Origin: Parcubacteria group bacterium
Lineage (GTDB): Bacteria > Patescibacteriota > Patescibacteriia > UBA2169
DNA length: 64,000 nucleotides
Assembly: GCA_016181765.1 (NCBI GenBank)
Contig: JACOYR010000004.1
Span: 35,320-99,319, forward strand
Reading direction: 5' to 3'
In this document: positions 46,985 through 56,320 of the stretch, piece after piece
How the letters are laid out: each line of letters opens with the position of its first letter
Position numbering within the stretch: the stretch's first letter is position 1
Position numbers and translations under genes: made by a program
Notes under the pieces: generated by a model
The model's database searches: none
What the model saw: only the letters and a program-made list of their open reading frames with translations
What the model was told of the DNA's origin: nothing

Positions 46985-49900
46985 TTACGGGCCGCCGACA
47001 GCTGCGCCGCGGGCCGGGTGCATGACCTGGTTCGGGTAGGTGACTCCGAAGTCCAGGAACCACTCATCCGGCTGGAAGAACTGCGCCGCCAGGATGCAGA
47101 CCATGTCCGCGGTCGGAATGGTTTCCTTGAACATGCTCCGGATCCTGACCGCTTCCGCGCCGCCTTCGGCAGTGTTCATAACTACATCATGGGCGTACGC
47201 GCACCAGTTGGCGAACGCCTGCACCGCGAGGTTTGAGGCCTCCCCGCACTCCAGGCCGCCTGCCTTCGCGCACCTCTCTATCCAGGATTCGTGCGCAGCC
47301 TGGTACCGCTTGTGCCGGGACACTAGGTCCAGGGCGTATGCCAACTTCTTTGCCCGAAGGCTCCGTTCCTCAAAACCTCCCAGGTGATTGATGAACCTAA
47401 CGTGCCACACCCCCCGGGCATCCTGGAACAGCGGGCACTCGGGGTGCATGGGCTCATCCGGGCCAAGGATCGCAACCCGGACTCCCTTCTCGGTTACGAA
47501 CGAGAGCCGCGCCCATGCCGCATCCGGATGCGCGGGATTGTATTCCGCGATACCCGGATTCAAAAGGAGCGCTGCAGCCGCGCGCCGGTGCCAGCGCGCG
47601 GTCTCCTCATCCGCGATCCGCGGGGCGTGCCGGTACCGGCCCAGGGGGAACACGGTCAGAGTCTCGGTGAATCCGCTCCGGTTGGTGTCGTCCCTCCGCT
47701 CCCGGGCTTCAGCGTTGATGGCTTCCTCAAGCACGGCATCGTCCTCGCACAAACTTGCGATTGCCGAGCTCGGCAGGGTGTCCACCTGCTTGAACACGAA
47801 CACAGCGGGAACATCCGCGTAGAATACGCGCACCTCGCCCCTGCTGAACCGGAGCGTTTCAACGAATCCGGCGAGCGATCGGGGGCACACCAGCACCGTG
47901 CGCCGGGTCGGGCCCTCAAGTTCCTGCAGACCCTGCTCGTCGATGCGGATGAACGGCTCGGACTCCCGCAGGTGGTCTGCGATGAACTGCCGCGCGTCCG
48001 GGTGCCTGGTGAAGAGATCCTCAAACGATACGGAAATACCGTCCGGCACGCCGATGATATCCTCAAACGGGCAATCCGTGCGCGCAAGCGCGTCCGGCGA
48101 ATCCCAGGAGAACATGGACGCAAAGGCAGATGCAACCGCGCCCTCATCCACAACCAGCGAAGCCGCAAGCGCCTGGTCGTCCGGGAACAGCGAAAGCCGA
48201 ACCGCCGACTTCTCGGCGCGGCCCTGCACGAGCGCTTTCTCCACCTCATCGCGCGCGCGGCCAACTTCCGCGGCGAGATCATCGCGCGCCGCCGTAAAGA
48301 GCGCAATCTGCGCGTCCAGCTCCGCACACACCAGGCCGCGGAGCGCAGCCATTTTGGCGGTGAGCATATGCCGGAGCACGGCTCCCGCAATGGTGCTGAT
48401 CCCTTGGACCATGGATGATACTGCATCATTCAGGTCCTTGTCGGCTTTCGCGCGCGCGGAAGCGATAGCCGGGGATGGTATATTGAAGAGCGCCCGAAAC
48501 CATCCCGGTTGCAAGGCCTCGGCCACAGCATGGGAAGACTTCGCGTCCACAACAGCCGAGCCGGCGCTGATCGCGGCAGATCTGTCCGCGGACAGGAAGT
48601 GGTCCACGGGCCTCTGCTCGGTTCCCTCTCGCGAGTCAAGGGACACCCGAGCCGCAACAAGCGCATCCAGAACGCGGAGCACTCCCATATTCGGAAGCGC
48701 ATTGCGGACCCGCGTTCGCAGATCTGTGATGCGGTCGCCCGCAATCCGAAACACTTCTGCTTCCGGCAATTGGGCATCCACGAACTCGGGGATGGACCGG
48801 ATTGCAGCGACCGTTGCCAAACCGGTTGCCGCGGGATCGTGGATCAGATCCTCCCGAAGCTTGATCTGGTCAAAGACCGGCGCCAGGGACGCGCCCTCGT
48901 TAGCCGAGCGCATCACCCGCTGTTCCCACTGCTCTATGGTCCGCCGGGCGCCGGCTTGCGTAATCGGAGCCGCGAGCGCGGCCGGCTCCGAACCCGGATT
49001 CCCCTCGCGCATGCGGCCAAGCACTGCCGCGCGCTTGCCGAGCGCCGCGATCCGCGGCAACTCGCGCCAGAGCTCGCACACGTGCAGCGCGATAGAGCTC
49101 CACACGAACGGCATGCGCATGGCAGCCGGAACCGCCTTGGCCATGTCCTCGTGCAGCTCAACCGCGAGGAACGATGCCAGTTCCGGAACCTGGGACAAAT
49201 AGTACAGGTAGTCAGCAACCATCCGCTGGGCGTCCTCAAACGAGAGCGCCTGGTCCTTGTCGTTCTTGCCTTCCACCAGAATGATCTGGCCCAGGCAGCC
49301 GGGCTCCACATCCTCGGAAAACCCCGGAAGCAAACCGCCGAAGTGGGGATGGTCTGGATCCGTGCCCAGGAGCACCAACCGGTCCCAGATGCGCGCTGCC
49401 GCAGCCATGATGATCTTGTGCCTGCGGTCGCGCTGGGGATCCCCGGTGATCGGGTACAGCTCCGGCCCCAAGACAATGAGGCGCTGGATCAGCCCGGGGT
49501 TCATCTGCCACCTCCACGCCGCGTGCATGATCGCGGATGCGAGGCCCGTCCCCCCGGTTCCGGCCACGTAGCTGACCTCGCGATCAGCTGACGCGAGCGA
49601 CCGGTCCGCGGAGTCAAACGAGGCATCCACAAATGCGAGCCACTGGGTCACGTGCTGGCGCTCCATGGCGTTCAGCGCAGCCGCAATCACGGGCTGCTTG
49701 TCCACGCCCGAACGCCCTAGGTTGCACCCCGGAAGCCCGTGCCGGGACTGGAGGAACTGAAGCGGCAGATCACGCTCCCACTCCCTCTCATGCTGCCCAA
49801 ACACGGCAGTAAAGTTGGTGACCGACCTGCCCAGGACGTACTCCCTAAGCCAGGGCGAGCGCCGAGTCCGGGATAACAGCTTGTTATTGTTGAGGCAGGC

Positions 49901-50134
49901 GTCTACTGCTCCGATCCGTACCTGCCGGCTGCGGCGCGGGTTTAACCGCAGCATTTGGTCCACCTGCACACCGACCAAGCTGCCCGCGCCGCCGCAGAAC
50001 TGCATCACGTGCCTTCTGTACCGGGTGTCGGCCGCCTCGTTGGCGGGCTCCGCGGCAACAACCGGCTCATGGCGCTCTGGCGCGCCCGCACCCGGACTTT
50101 CGTCCACTGCGGCCGCAACGATTGTGTCTGCCAT
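46985..50134 (-). CDS. tubulin/FtsZ-like GTPase domain protein (Tubulin_2-like) with long helical and C-terminal domains
   Basis: T1 MQFCGGAG, T2 GAVDA, T4 VAGTGGTGLA, LIVLGP, IILVEGKN...RMVADYL; GAGGAGG SD. Confidence 0.75.
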   Translation of the reverse strand: MADTIVAAAVDESPGAGAPERHEPVVAAEPANEAADTRYRRHVMQFCGGAGSLVGVQVDQMLRLNPRRSRQVRIGAVDACLNNNKLLSRTRRSPWLREYVLGRSVTNFTAVFGQHEREWERDLPLQFLQSRHGLPGCNLGRSGVDKQPVIAAALNAMERQHVTQWLAFVDASFDSADRSLASADREVSYVAGTGGTGLASAIMHAAWRWQMNPGLIQRLIVLGPELYPITGDPQRDRRHKIIMAAAARIWDRLVLLGTDPDHPHFGGLLPGFSEDVEPGCLGQIILVEGKNDKDQALSFEDAQRMVADYLYYLSQVPELASFLAVELHEDMAKAVPAAMRMPFVWSSIALHVCELWRELPRIAALGKRAAVLGRMREGNPGSEPAALAAPITQAGARRTIEQWEQRVMRSANEGASLAPVFDQIKLREDLIHDPAATGLATVAAIRSIPEFVDAQLPEAEVFRIAGDRITDLRTRVRNALPNMGVLRVLDALVAARVSLDSREGTEQRPVDHFLSADRSAAISAGSAVVDAKSSHAVAEALQPGWFRALFNIPSPAIASARAKADKDLNDAVSSMVQGISTIAGAVLRHMLTAKMAALRGLVCAELDAQIALFTAARDDLAAEVGRARDEVEKALVQGRAEKSAVRLSLFPDDQALAASLVVDEGAVASAFASMFSWDSPDALARTDCPFEDIIGVPDGISVSFEDLFTRHPDARQFIADHLRESEPFIRIDEQGLQELEGPTRRTVLVCPRSLAGFVETLRFSRGEVRVFYADVPAVFVFKQVDTLPSSAIASLCEDDAVLEEAINAEARERRDDTNRSGFTETLTVFPLGRYRHAPRIADEETARWHRRAAAALLLNPGIAEYNPAHPDAAWARLSFVTEKGVRVAILGPDEPMHPECPLFQDARGVWHVRFINHLGGFEERSLRAKKLAYALDLVSRHKRYQAAHESWIERCAKAGGLECGEASNLAVQAFANWCAYAHDVVMNTAEGGAEAVRIRSMFKETIPTADMVCILAAQFFQPDEWFLDFGVTYPNQVMHPARGAAVGGP

Positions 50135-51918
50135 CAGATGTAAACCTCCTCGGTTGATAGTTCTTGAACTGTTGGTTGGATGACGGCGCTATCTGCCGCA
50201 ACACTGGGCACTACTGCCCCATCCACCTGGTATGCCTGATTCACTGCATCCAGGATCTGGACTGACTGGGCAACCAGGGGGTACATCTTCCCGGGCTGCA
50301 TCGGAACCCTGTCTATGCCCGCCGCACTCCCGGAAAGCGGGAACATGCTGCATGGAACGCGCGGGCCGATGTAGATGCCGTTCGGAGTCGGAACGACGGC
50401 GATGTTCCTCACCTCAAACCACGTGCTCCTGATCGGCCTCACTTGGCCATTGCAGGCAATGTGCCCCACAACACCGCTGGTATCCTGCGGCAGCGCTCGG
50501 CTGGTAACAGTATGCTCGCTCCAGGCCCGCATGCGCCGAGCAGCCACGAAAAGCATCGCAACAGCGAACACAAGGATCGCGGCAATGCCGAGGAGCTTGT
50601 CCGGAATCCAATCCCGGTACAGCCATGCCCGCCGCTCCGCGAGAATGGCAGGCCGGTTCCCACGCTCCGTAAGGCTCACGCTCCCATGCGGCACGAGCTT
50701 CACCTTGCACGGGACTGGCCGTGAGAGCGGCCAGAGCACGTCCCCGGGAGGCGGCGACTCTTCGTTGAATGCGACAAAGACCTCAACTTCTGCCTTGTCC
50801 GGAATCACGAGTCCCTCGGAAAACGGGATTGGCTCGCTTTCGGAACCGCGGATCTTCCAGAACCCGAGCACATGTGCGGCATCGCTTGAGTTCTCGGAAT
50901 CTGCAACTAGAACCGCAGTAAAAAGCTCGCCGGATGCCCGCGTTGGCGCATCCAGCAAAAGCTCATACACTCCGGCCAAGTACATCTCTCCAAGGCCGGA
51001 AACCAAAATCCGGGCCGGCTCGTTAAGATTTGCCCATGAGTAGGAGCCGTTCAGCTCCCGGTCAATGGCCTCAAACCGCTTGCGCACATCAGCCCAGGAT
51101 CCGGCCGGGTACACCGGGAAATCCGCATTCCCGAACAAGCTGCGCAGGTGCACCTCCCCTGGGTACTCCATATCGCGTGTGTTCACAGACACAAGCTCCA
51201 CCGAGAACATGCCTTTGCGTTCCTGCGGAACGCGGGACATGCACTCCTGGAGCGCTTCCTGGAAAAACCACGAATCCTGGCCGGCAGGCTCATCATTCCA
51301 GCCGTCTCCCACAATGGTCGCGTGGAACCGGATTCCGGACTCTTTCAACTCAATGAACCCGTTCTCCATGTCAGTCAGGAGCGGGAGCGCGTAGTTGGTG
51401 TACGCGGTTTCGGCTTTCCCGAAAGCGTGCCTGGTCAGGTAGTCCTTTACCATTGCGGCAAGTACTGCGCGCCCCGAGTCCGAGGCTGCCGTTGGCCAGG
51501 GCACATAGCTCGTACCCACCAGGCGCACGGTTACTTTGTTCGCGCCGGACACGGCAAGAATCCGGTCGCGGACAATTGCCGCGGCCTCGTCACGTTCCTC
51601 CTCTGAAAGCGAAGCCGAGATGTCCAAATACACCACCTCATGGTACGTGCCGTTGGGCGTGTTCCACCCAGGAACCTCAACGCCGCCGTGCACAGGCAAG
51701 GCTGATTCCGCCGCTGGCGCGGCGCGCTCAACCAAAGGCGCGCTTACACCGGCCGTATCACGATCCCACACCGTACGAACCGGAGGGACCATGGTCTCCC
51801 CGGTGTGCGATGGGTCATCATCCGGAACACCCATATTGGGGTCAAAACCGCACCCGAACACGGAAACAGTCCCTAACGCGGCAGCGCACAACGCCAAAAA
51901 CAACTTTCTCTCGCGCAT
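50134..51918 (-). CDS. vWA-domain membrane lipoprotein
   Basis: Lipobox-like VFGC; MIDAS YLDISAS, TNY, IVGDG; TM LLGIAAILVFAVAMLFVAA; TGATG coupling to the tubulin-like gene. Confidence 0.75.
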   Translation of the reverse strand: MRERKLFLALCAAALGTVSVFGCGFDPNMGVPDDDPSHTGETMVPPVRTVWDRDTAGVSAPLVERAAPAAESALPVHGGVEVPGWNTPNGTYHEVVYLDISASLSEEERDEAAAIVRDRILAVSGANKVTVRLVGTSYVPWPTAASDSGRAVLAAMVKDYLTRHAFGKAETAYTNYALPLLTDMENGFIELKESGIRFHATIVGDGWNDEPAGQDSWFFQEALQECMSRVPQERKGMFSVELVSVNTRDMEYPGEVHLRSLFGNADFPVYPAGSWADVRKRFEAIDRELNGSYSWANLNEPARILVSGLGEMYLAGVYELLLDAPTRASGELFTAVLVADSENSSDAAHVLGFWKIRGSESEPIPFSEGLVIPDKAEVEVFVAFNEESPPPGDVLWPLSRPVPCKVKLVPHGSVSLTERGNRPAILAERRAWLYRDWIPDKLLGIAAILVFAVAMLFVAARRMRAWSEHTVTSRALPQDTSGVVGHIACNGQVRPIRSTWFEVRNIAVVPTPNGIYIGPRVPCSMFPLSGSAAGIDRVPMQPGKMYPLVAQSVQILDAVNQAYQVDGAVVPSVAADSAVIQPTVQELSTEEVYI

Positions 51919-51995
51919 TTCGGCATCCCTCCCGTGAATAGTGCGAGTGATTGCTTACTGATTGTCAATGTTCTGTTTTTGTTTGCTAGATGATA

Positions 51996-52024
51996 TTTAT
52001 ACTATATTATATTAGAATTGTCAA
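51996..52024 (-). promoter_or_regulatory. promoter for the vWA-tubulin pair
   Basis: TTGACA-17 nt-TATAAA in an AT-rich gap. Confidence 0.55.
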
Positions 52025-52032
52025 TAATTTTC

Positions 52033-52080
52033 AAAAAAAGAACCCTCTGCCTCTCAAAACCGAGAAAGACAGAGGGTTTT
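52033..52080 (-). terminator. terminator after the SPFH-like gene
   Basis: AACCCTCTG...CAGAGGGTT stem with a T run on the minus strand. Confidence 0.65.
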
Positions 52081-52138
52081 GGACGTATGGCCAACAAACA
52101 ATAGCGAGTGTACAGAGTGAACAGCTACTGGGTGCGGC

Positions 52139-53881
52139 TCACTCCCTTGCCTTCGGGCGCGTTGCGCGTCCGCGCACCGGATGCGCTTCACGGCCATTGT
52201 CTTGCCCTGGACCCGATGTATCCGCAAGCCGTGCCGACTCGGGTGCCGGCTTGCCGCGCTCCAGCGCAGGCCGGGCTTCTCCGCCGAGCAGTGCGGCTGC
52301 GTCCAGGCGGAATCCATCCTGAATCCCGCGGTCCGACATGCCTGCCGCGCGCAAGGCAATGGCTGCCTGCACGCGAGTGCTCTCGCTGTTGATAAGCCCG
52401 GCGGCTTCATTGAGCCGCGCCCGGACAGCCGGAATCGTATTCGCGACAATAACGACGCGTGCCTGTATGTCCACTTCCGAGACGCGCCGCGCCACCTCGG
52501 CTTGCGCGTGGGCCTCAACCGCGTCCTTGAGCTCCTGGTCGCGCTGTGCGATCCCCTCCTCCAGACTCTTGAGGAGCGGCCGCACGAACTCTTCGCGCGC
52601 AACCTGGAGCACGATCAGAGTGAGCGCTTCGCGGTCAGCGCCTGGAATGCGGTCCAGAAACTCCTGGACTTTAGGACGCTGATCTTCTGTGCGCTTCTTC
52701 AGCCGCGCTTCTTCTGCCTCGAGGCTCGCGCGCTTCTCTTCCAGCTTCGCGATGAGTTCCGTGCGGTCATCAGGCGTGATTCGCGCATCATTCCTGACCT
52801 GCTGTCCGATGCTTGGAACGGACCCGAGGTCCGCCCTTTCAATCGCGCGGCCAAGGCCAGTAAGCGCGTTTGCGCGCTGCTTTTCCTTGAGCTCTGCCTC
52901 GCGTTCATCAAGCGCGTGGTAGAGCTCATCCTTGCGCTCCCGGGAAATCGCGGCAGCCGCCACGATTTCCCGCGTCGCCGCAACGTCGTCCGTGCCCTTG
53001 ACCGCGGCTGTGAGGTGTACCTCGGCGCGCTTCTCCCACGCGGCTATGAGCCGTGCCGCGTTCTCCGCGTCCAAGGCTCCCGTCTGGGCGCTCTCGGACA
53101 CACGGCCGCGAATCGGCCAGAACTTGTCCCGACCCTCGGAAGCGATGGACGCGCTGATCTCGCGAACCAGAGCTTCCTGCGCCTCCTCGCGCTTGCGGAT
53201 GTGCTCCGGCGGCCGGACATCAACCGTCACGTCCTTGAACGAAAACACGTTGCCCTCGTTCGCAAGCCCCGCAAGCGCGCCCTTCATAGCATCTCGAATC
53301 TCGCTTGCAAGCTGTGACTCCCGGGACACGCCTGCATGTCCCGGCAACCCGAGAACCCTGTGCTCGGAGTATGTCCGGCTGCCGAGAATCTCGGCAAACG
53401 GGCTTGTGAGCATGTCCCGAGCAGCCTGCCAATCCCCGGACAGGACGTACGGCAGGCCCTGCTGGGTGCGCGCGAGCAACGCAGGCATGCTGGCGACCTG
53501 GGCCGTGCCGCAGACTACCACGTCCAGTGGAATTGCCTCGCCCGCGCCAGGCTTGGTCGGAATGCCCGGGTAGATCCACTGGAAGCTGAACGTGTTCGTG
53601 TGTACCACAAATGGCATCATGCTGTCTATCGCCGGGCTCTCGCCCCGGGCGACGACCCGAAGCCCTGTCGGCGTCATCACGAGGAATGTGGCGCCGGCGC
53701 GCGAGAGCAAGCGCCTGCGGACCGGTGCCAATTTCGCGGCGAGCGATGCTCTCGGCGCCGTGATGATGAGGGGCACCGCACCAGACTGGTCACCCCTCCC
53801 CAGAAACTCCAGGTCCTCGGACACATTGACTCGGTCCAGCGTTGTGACGCTGGTCCCGGTTACTGCAATCTTCTGTGCCAT
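52139..53881 (-). CDS. SPFH/band-7-like protein with long Ala/Glu/Arg coiled coil
   Basis: IPTK...LDVVV...IRDAM...G..F..VTVDVRPPEHI pattern, then heptads; AAGGAGG SD. Confidence 0.55.
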   Translation of the reverse strand: MAQKIAVTGTSVTTLDRVNVSEDLEFLGRGDQSGAVPLIITAPRASLAAKLAPVRRRLLSRAGATFLVMTPTGLRVVARGESPAIDSMMPFVVHTNTFSFQWIYPGIPTKPGAGEAIPLDVVVCGTAQVASMPALLARTQQGLPYVLSGDWQAARDMLTSPFAEILGSRTYSEHRVLGLPGHAGVSRESQLASEIRDAMKGALAGLANEGNVFSFKDVTVDVRPPEHIRKREEAQEALVREISASIASEGRDKFWPIRGRVSESAQTGALDAENAARLIAAWEKRAEVHLTAAVKGTDDVAATREIVAAAAISRERKDELYHALDEREAELKEKQRANALTGLGRAIERADLGSVPSIGQQVRNDARITPDDRTELIAKLEEKRASLEAEEARLKKRTEDQRPKVQEFLDRIPGADREALTLIVLQVAREEFVRPLLKSLEEGIAQRDQELKDAVEAHAQAEVARRVSEVDIQARVVIVANTIPAVRARLNEAAGLINSESTRVQAAIALRAAGMSDRGIQDGFRLDAAALLGGEARPALERGKPAPESARLADTSGPGQDNGREAHPVRGRATRPKARE

Positions 53882-53984
53882 CACTTGCCCCTCCTTCAGG
53901 TGGGCGTACTTGCGCAAAGGTTAGGGTTGATTCAGCGAATTTGTACACAACACTGATTTTCAAATAACAACAAAACTACAGTTA

Positions 53985-54052
53985 GTTATACATAATTGCT
54001 TATTTTTGTCAAGTTTTTGCACATTGACAAATAAATAGAAATGTGATATTAA
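53985..54052. promoter_or_regulatory. back-to-back divergent promoters
   Basis: TTGACA on both strands (54007-12 minus, 54024-29 plus) with TATAAC and TATTAA -10-like boxes. Confidence 0.6.
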
Positions 54053-54167
54053 GACTAAAGAAATCTAACTCGGTCGTTGACAACCTATTATTTAGGATAC
54101 AACACAAACAAAATCACCTGACTTCCCGCAACTTCCACAGCGCAACTATTGCGAAGGAGATGATCGC

Positions 54168-54407
54168 ATGAACGCAGCAACAGCGCCTGGCCAAAGCCAG
54201 ACAGTGGAACAGGCCAGGGAACGCGCGCGCCAGAAAGCGGCGCAGATCACGGAACAGATGGCTGTGGCAAAGACCGCGGCCGCTGTCCGGGCTATCCTGG
54301 ACACCCTGCCCGGCGCAAACCAGGTCGGCGAACTTACGCCTGATGATTTGGCCAGGCTTACGGAGCATGGCCAGTCCCTGGAGCCGAGCCGACCCCAGCC
54401 GCAATGA
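54168..54407 (+). CDS. small helical hypothetical protein
   Basis: AAGGAG SD; ATGA overlap with the next gene. Confidence 0.6.
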   Translation: MNAATAPGQSQTVEQARERARQKAAQITEQMAVAKTAAAVRAILDTLPGANQVGELTPDDLARLTEHGQSLEPSRPQPQ

Positions 54408-54937
54408 CGAACAAGCGCGCGCACATCAAGCGCGTGCTCATCCGGTGCGGCGAGTTTGATCTCGCCCGCGCGCGGACCGTGGGCCTCGTCACGCCATTCC
54501 TGGGAACTAAGCCAAAGCGCTGGAGAAAAGAGCGCACAGGCGGGCTGCTGGACGGTCCGCAGTACCACGCGGAAAACCCGGACGACACACAAGAAATCCG
54601 GGATCACCTAAAGGCGCTCGCAGATACCCGGCGCAGAAGCATCAAGCGCGCGCGCCGATGGTTTTGCCTGTGCTCGCTCATACTACTCTTCGCGGGCCCG
54701 GTCCTGGTGATGCTTACCAAGGCTCCGGTCACCCGTCTAGATATCATCCCGTTCATTGTGCGCCATCCCTTCATGATGGCGGCAGTTCCGATCTCATTCG
54801 CGGCGATCCTCGCCGCGAACCGCATTCCAGGACATGGCATCGCGTGGATAGGGGCGCTCCAGGGAAACTGGATGGCCAAACTCTTCGCTATCACGGCCTG
54901 GATCTGGCTCTTCACCATGATACTCACCCACTCCTAG
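54404..54937 (+). CDS. three-TM hypothetical membrane protein
   Basis: Basic N-terminus and three hydrophobic segments. Confidence 0.65.
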   Translation: MTNKRAHIKRVLIRCGEFDLARARTVGLVTPFLGTKPKRWRKERTGGLLDGPQYHAENPDDTQEIRDHLKALADTRRRSIKRARRWFCLCSLILLFAGPVLVMLTKAPVTRLDIIPFIVRHPFMMAAVPISFAAILAANRIPGHGIAWIGALQGNWMAKLFAITAWIWLFTMILTHS

Positions 54938-54951
54938 AAGCAGAGGCTACC

Positions 54952-55587
54952 ATGAATCAGCAACAGCGCGGAGGCCAAGGCCGCCGCAACAGAAACCGCG
55001 GAGGTGGCGGGCAGGGCGGCAACGCCCTGAACATCCCAGGTGTTCCGCAGCAGGTAATCAGGAACGCGCTGGACCAGATAGAGGTCGGCGAACTCGGAGA
55101 TGAAATCCTTGACCATCTGCAGGCAGACGGCCGAAGAGCTGAAGAGAGGCACAGGGCCGACATCGCCAAGATGGCCGCTGAAACCGATCGTGTCAAAGTA
55201 GAAACCGAAGCAAAGCGGGCTACGGACGCGAGGGCTGCCGAAAAAGATCGCAAAGAGGCGGAATCCGCGTCCAAGGCTTCGCGGCAGAAAGCGAACTTCT
55301 TGGTTGCGCAAGCCTTGTCCGAGTACCTTGCGAGCATCAACGGCATCACGGCGCTCGCAGAGCTCCATCGCAGGCGGATCACGGTCCAGTTCCTGGACAA
55401 ACTCACTCCGGCTGCATTGGAGCACTTCCGCGCCTCGCTCGGGCAGATGGCTCAAGAGGGCGCCGAAAACACGTCCGATAAAATCCAAAAAATACTTGCG
55501 CTACTCGGGAAAACCGAGAGCGACACCGAACGGTTCCGCATCGCATGTGCGCTCGGGCTCTTGCCCGAGCAGTACCAGAGGAGTTGA
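54952..55587 (+). CDS. coiled-coil hypothetical protein with Gly/Arg-rich N-terminus
   Basis: MNQQQRGGQGRRNRNRGGGG; GAGG SD. Confidence 0.7.
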   Translation: MNQQQRGGQGRRNRNRGGGGQGGNALNIPGVPQQVIRNALDQIEVGELGDEILDHLQADGRRAEERHRADIAKMAAETDRVKVETEAKRATDARAAEKDRKEAESASKASRQKANFLVAQALSEYLASINGITALAELHRRRITVQFLDKLTPAALEHFRASLGQMAQEGAENTSDKIQKILALLGKTESDTERFRIACALGLLPEQYQRS

Positions 55588-55589
55588 AG

Positions 55590-56288
55590 ATGAAAAAACT
55601 CAATGAGATATTCAACAAATTGTTTGAAGAGACGGTTGGCCAGGTTGGCGCGGGCTTTGTGAACCGGACCATCCTCGGAGGGAGCGGGGAACCGGTGCAG
55701 GTATCGGTTCCACGGATCTCGGGGCTGCATACGTTCCGCGCGGGCATTCTGCCGAGCCTCGGGCTTGCTGATGAAAGCGCGTTCGGCGGGGACATAGCCC
55801 TGTTCAATGAATGGGCCGCCAGACTCTACGGCACATCCGCAAATCCGGTCATTGCCGAGTTCATCGGGAAGTTGGTGCGCCTGCGCCAAACCGAGCCCTG
55901 GAGGGCAACACTCCTGCGCGTCATCATCACCAAGCATCCACACGAGGCCGCGCAGCGCCAGATACTCGTATTCCTCGCGAACAGCAGCGGGTACGACGAT
56001 TTCTACAACAGAGTCTGCATGCTCGTTCCGGAGAAGCAGTTGTCAACCAAAGCCGGCGAGTGGCTGCGCCGAAACGTCCTGAATTGGGGCGCCGTAAAGA
56101 AACACGCGCGCTCCGGCCGAGATTTCACTGTGCGGCACGCGCGGCGCGGCGACAGCTATGTCGCCCGCACCGCGGTACCCCCGGTCCGCGCAAAGCGCGT
56201 GGCGTGGAACGCAAGCCTGGATCGCACAGCGCGCCGCATTGAGCAGAACGGCGGCAGGCTCTCCACTAAGTGGTGGCTCCCCTTCTGA
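55590..56288 (+). CDS. hypothetical protein
   Basis: GAGGAG SD; MKKLNEIF...; tight operon spacing. Confidence 0.7.
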   Translation: MKKLNEIFNKLFEETVGQVGAGFVNRTILGGSGEPVQVSVPRISGLHTFRAGILPSLGLADESAFGGDIALFNEWAARLYGTSANPVIAEFIGKLVRLRQTEPWRATLLRVIITKHPHEAAQRQILVFLANSSGYDDFYNRVCMLVPEKQLSTKAGEWLRRNVLNWGAVKKHARSGRDFTVRHARRGDSYVARTAVPPVRAKRVAWNASLDRTARRIEQNGGRLSTKWWLPF

Positions 56289-56320
56289 ACCCAACACACC
56301 AAAAACAAGGAGTAAGGACA

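Noticed and set aside
47384-49591. Several 340-430 aa plus-strand ORFs
   Set aside because: Shadows of the GC-rich tubulin-like gene; no SD motifs or domains.
46985-50134. Calling this gene ftsZ
   Set aside because: About three times too long, no FtsZ T7 NxDFAD motif seen, and not in the dcw cluster.
52181-53317. 378-aa plus-strand ORF
   Set aside because: Antisense to the SD-led SPFH-like gene.
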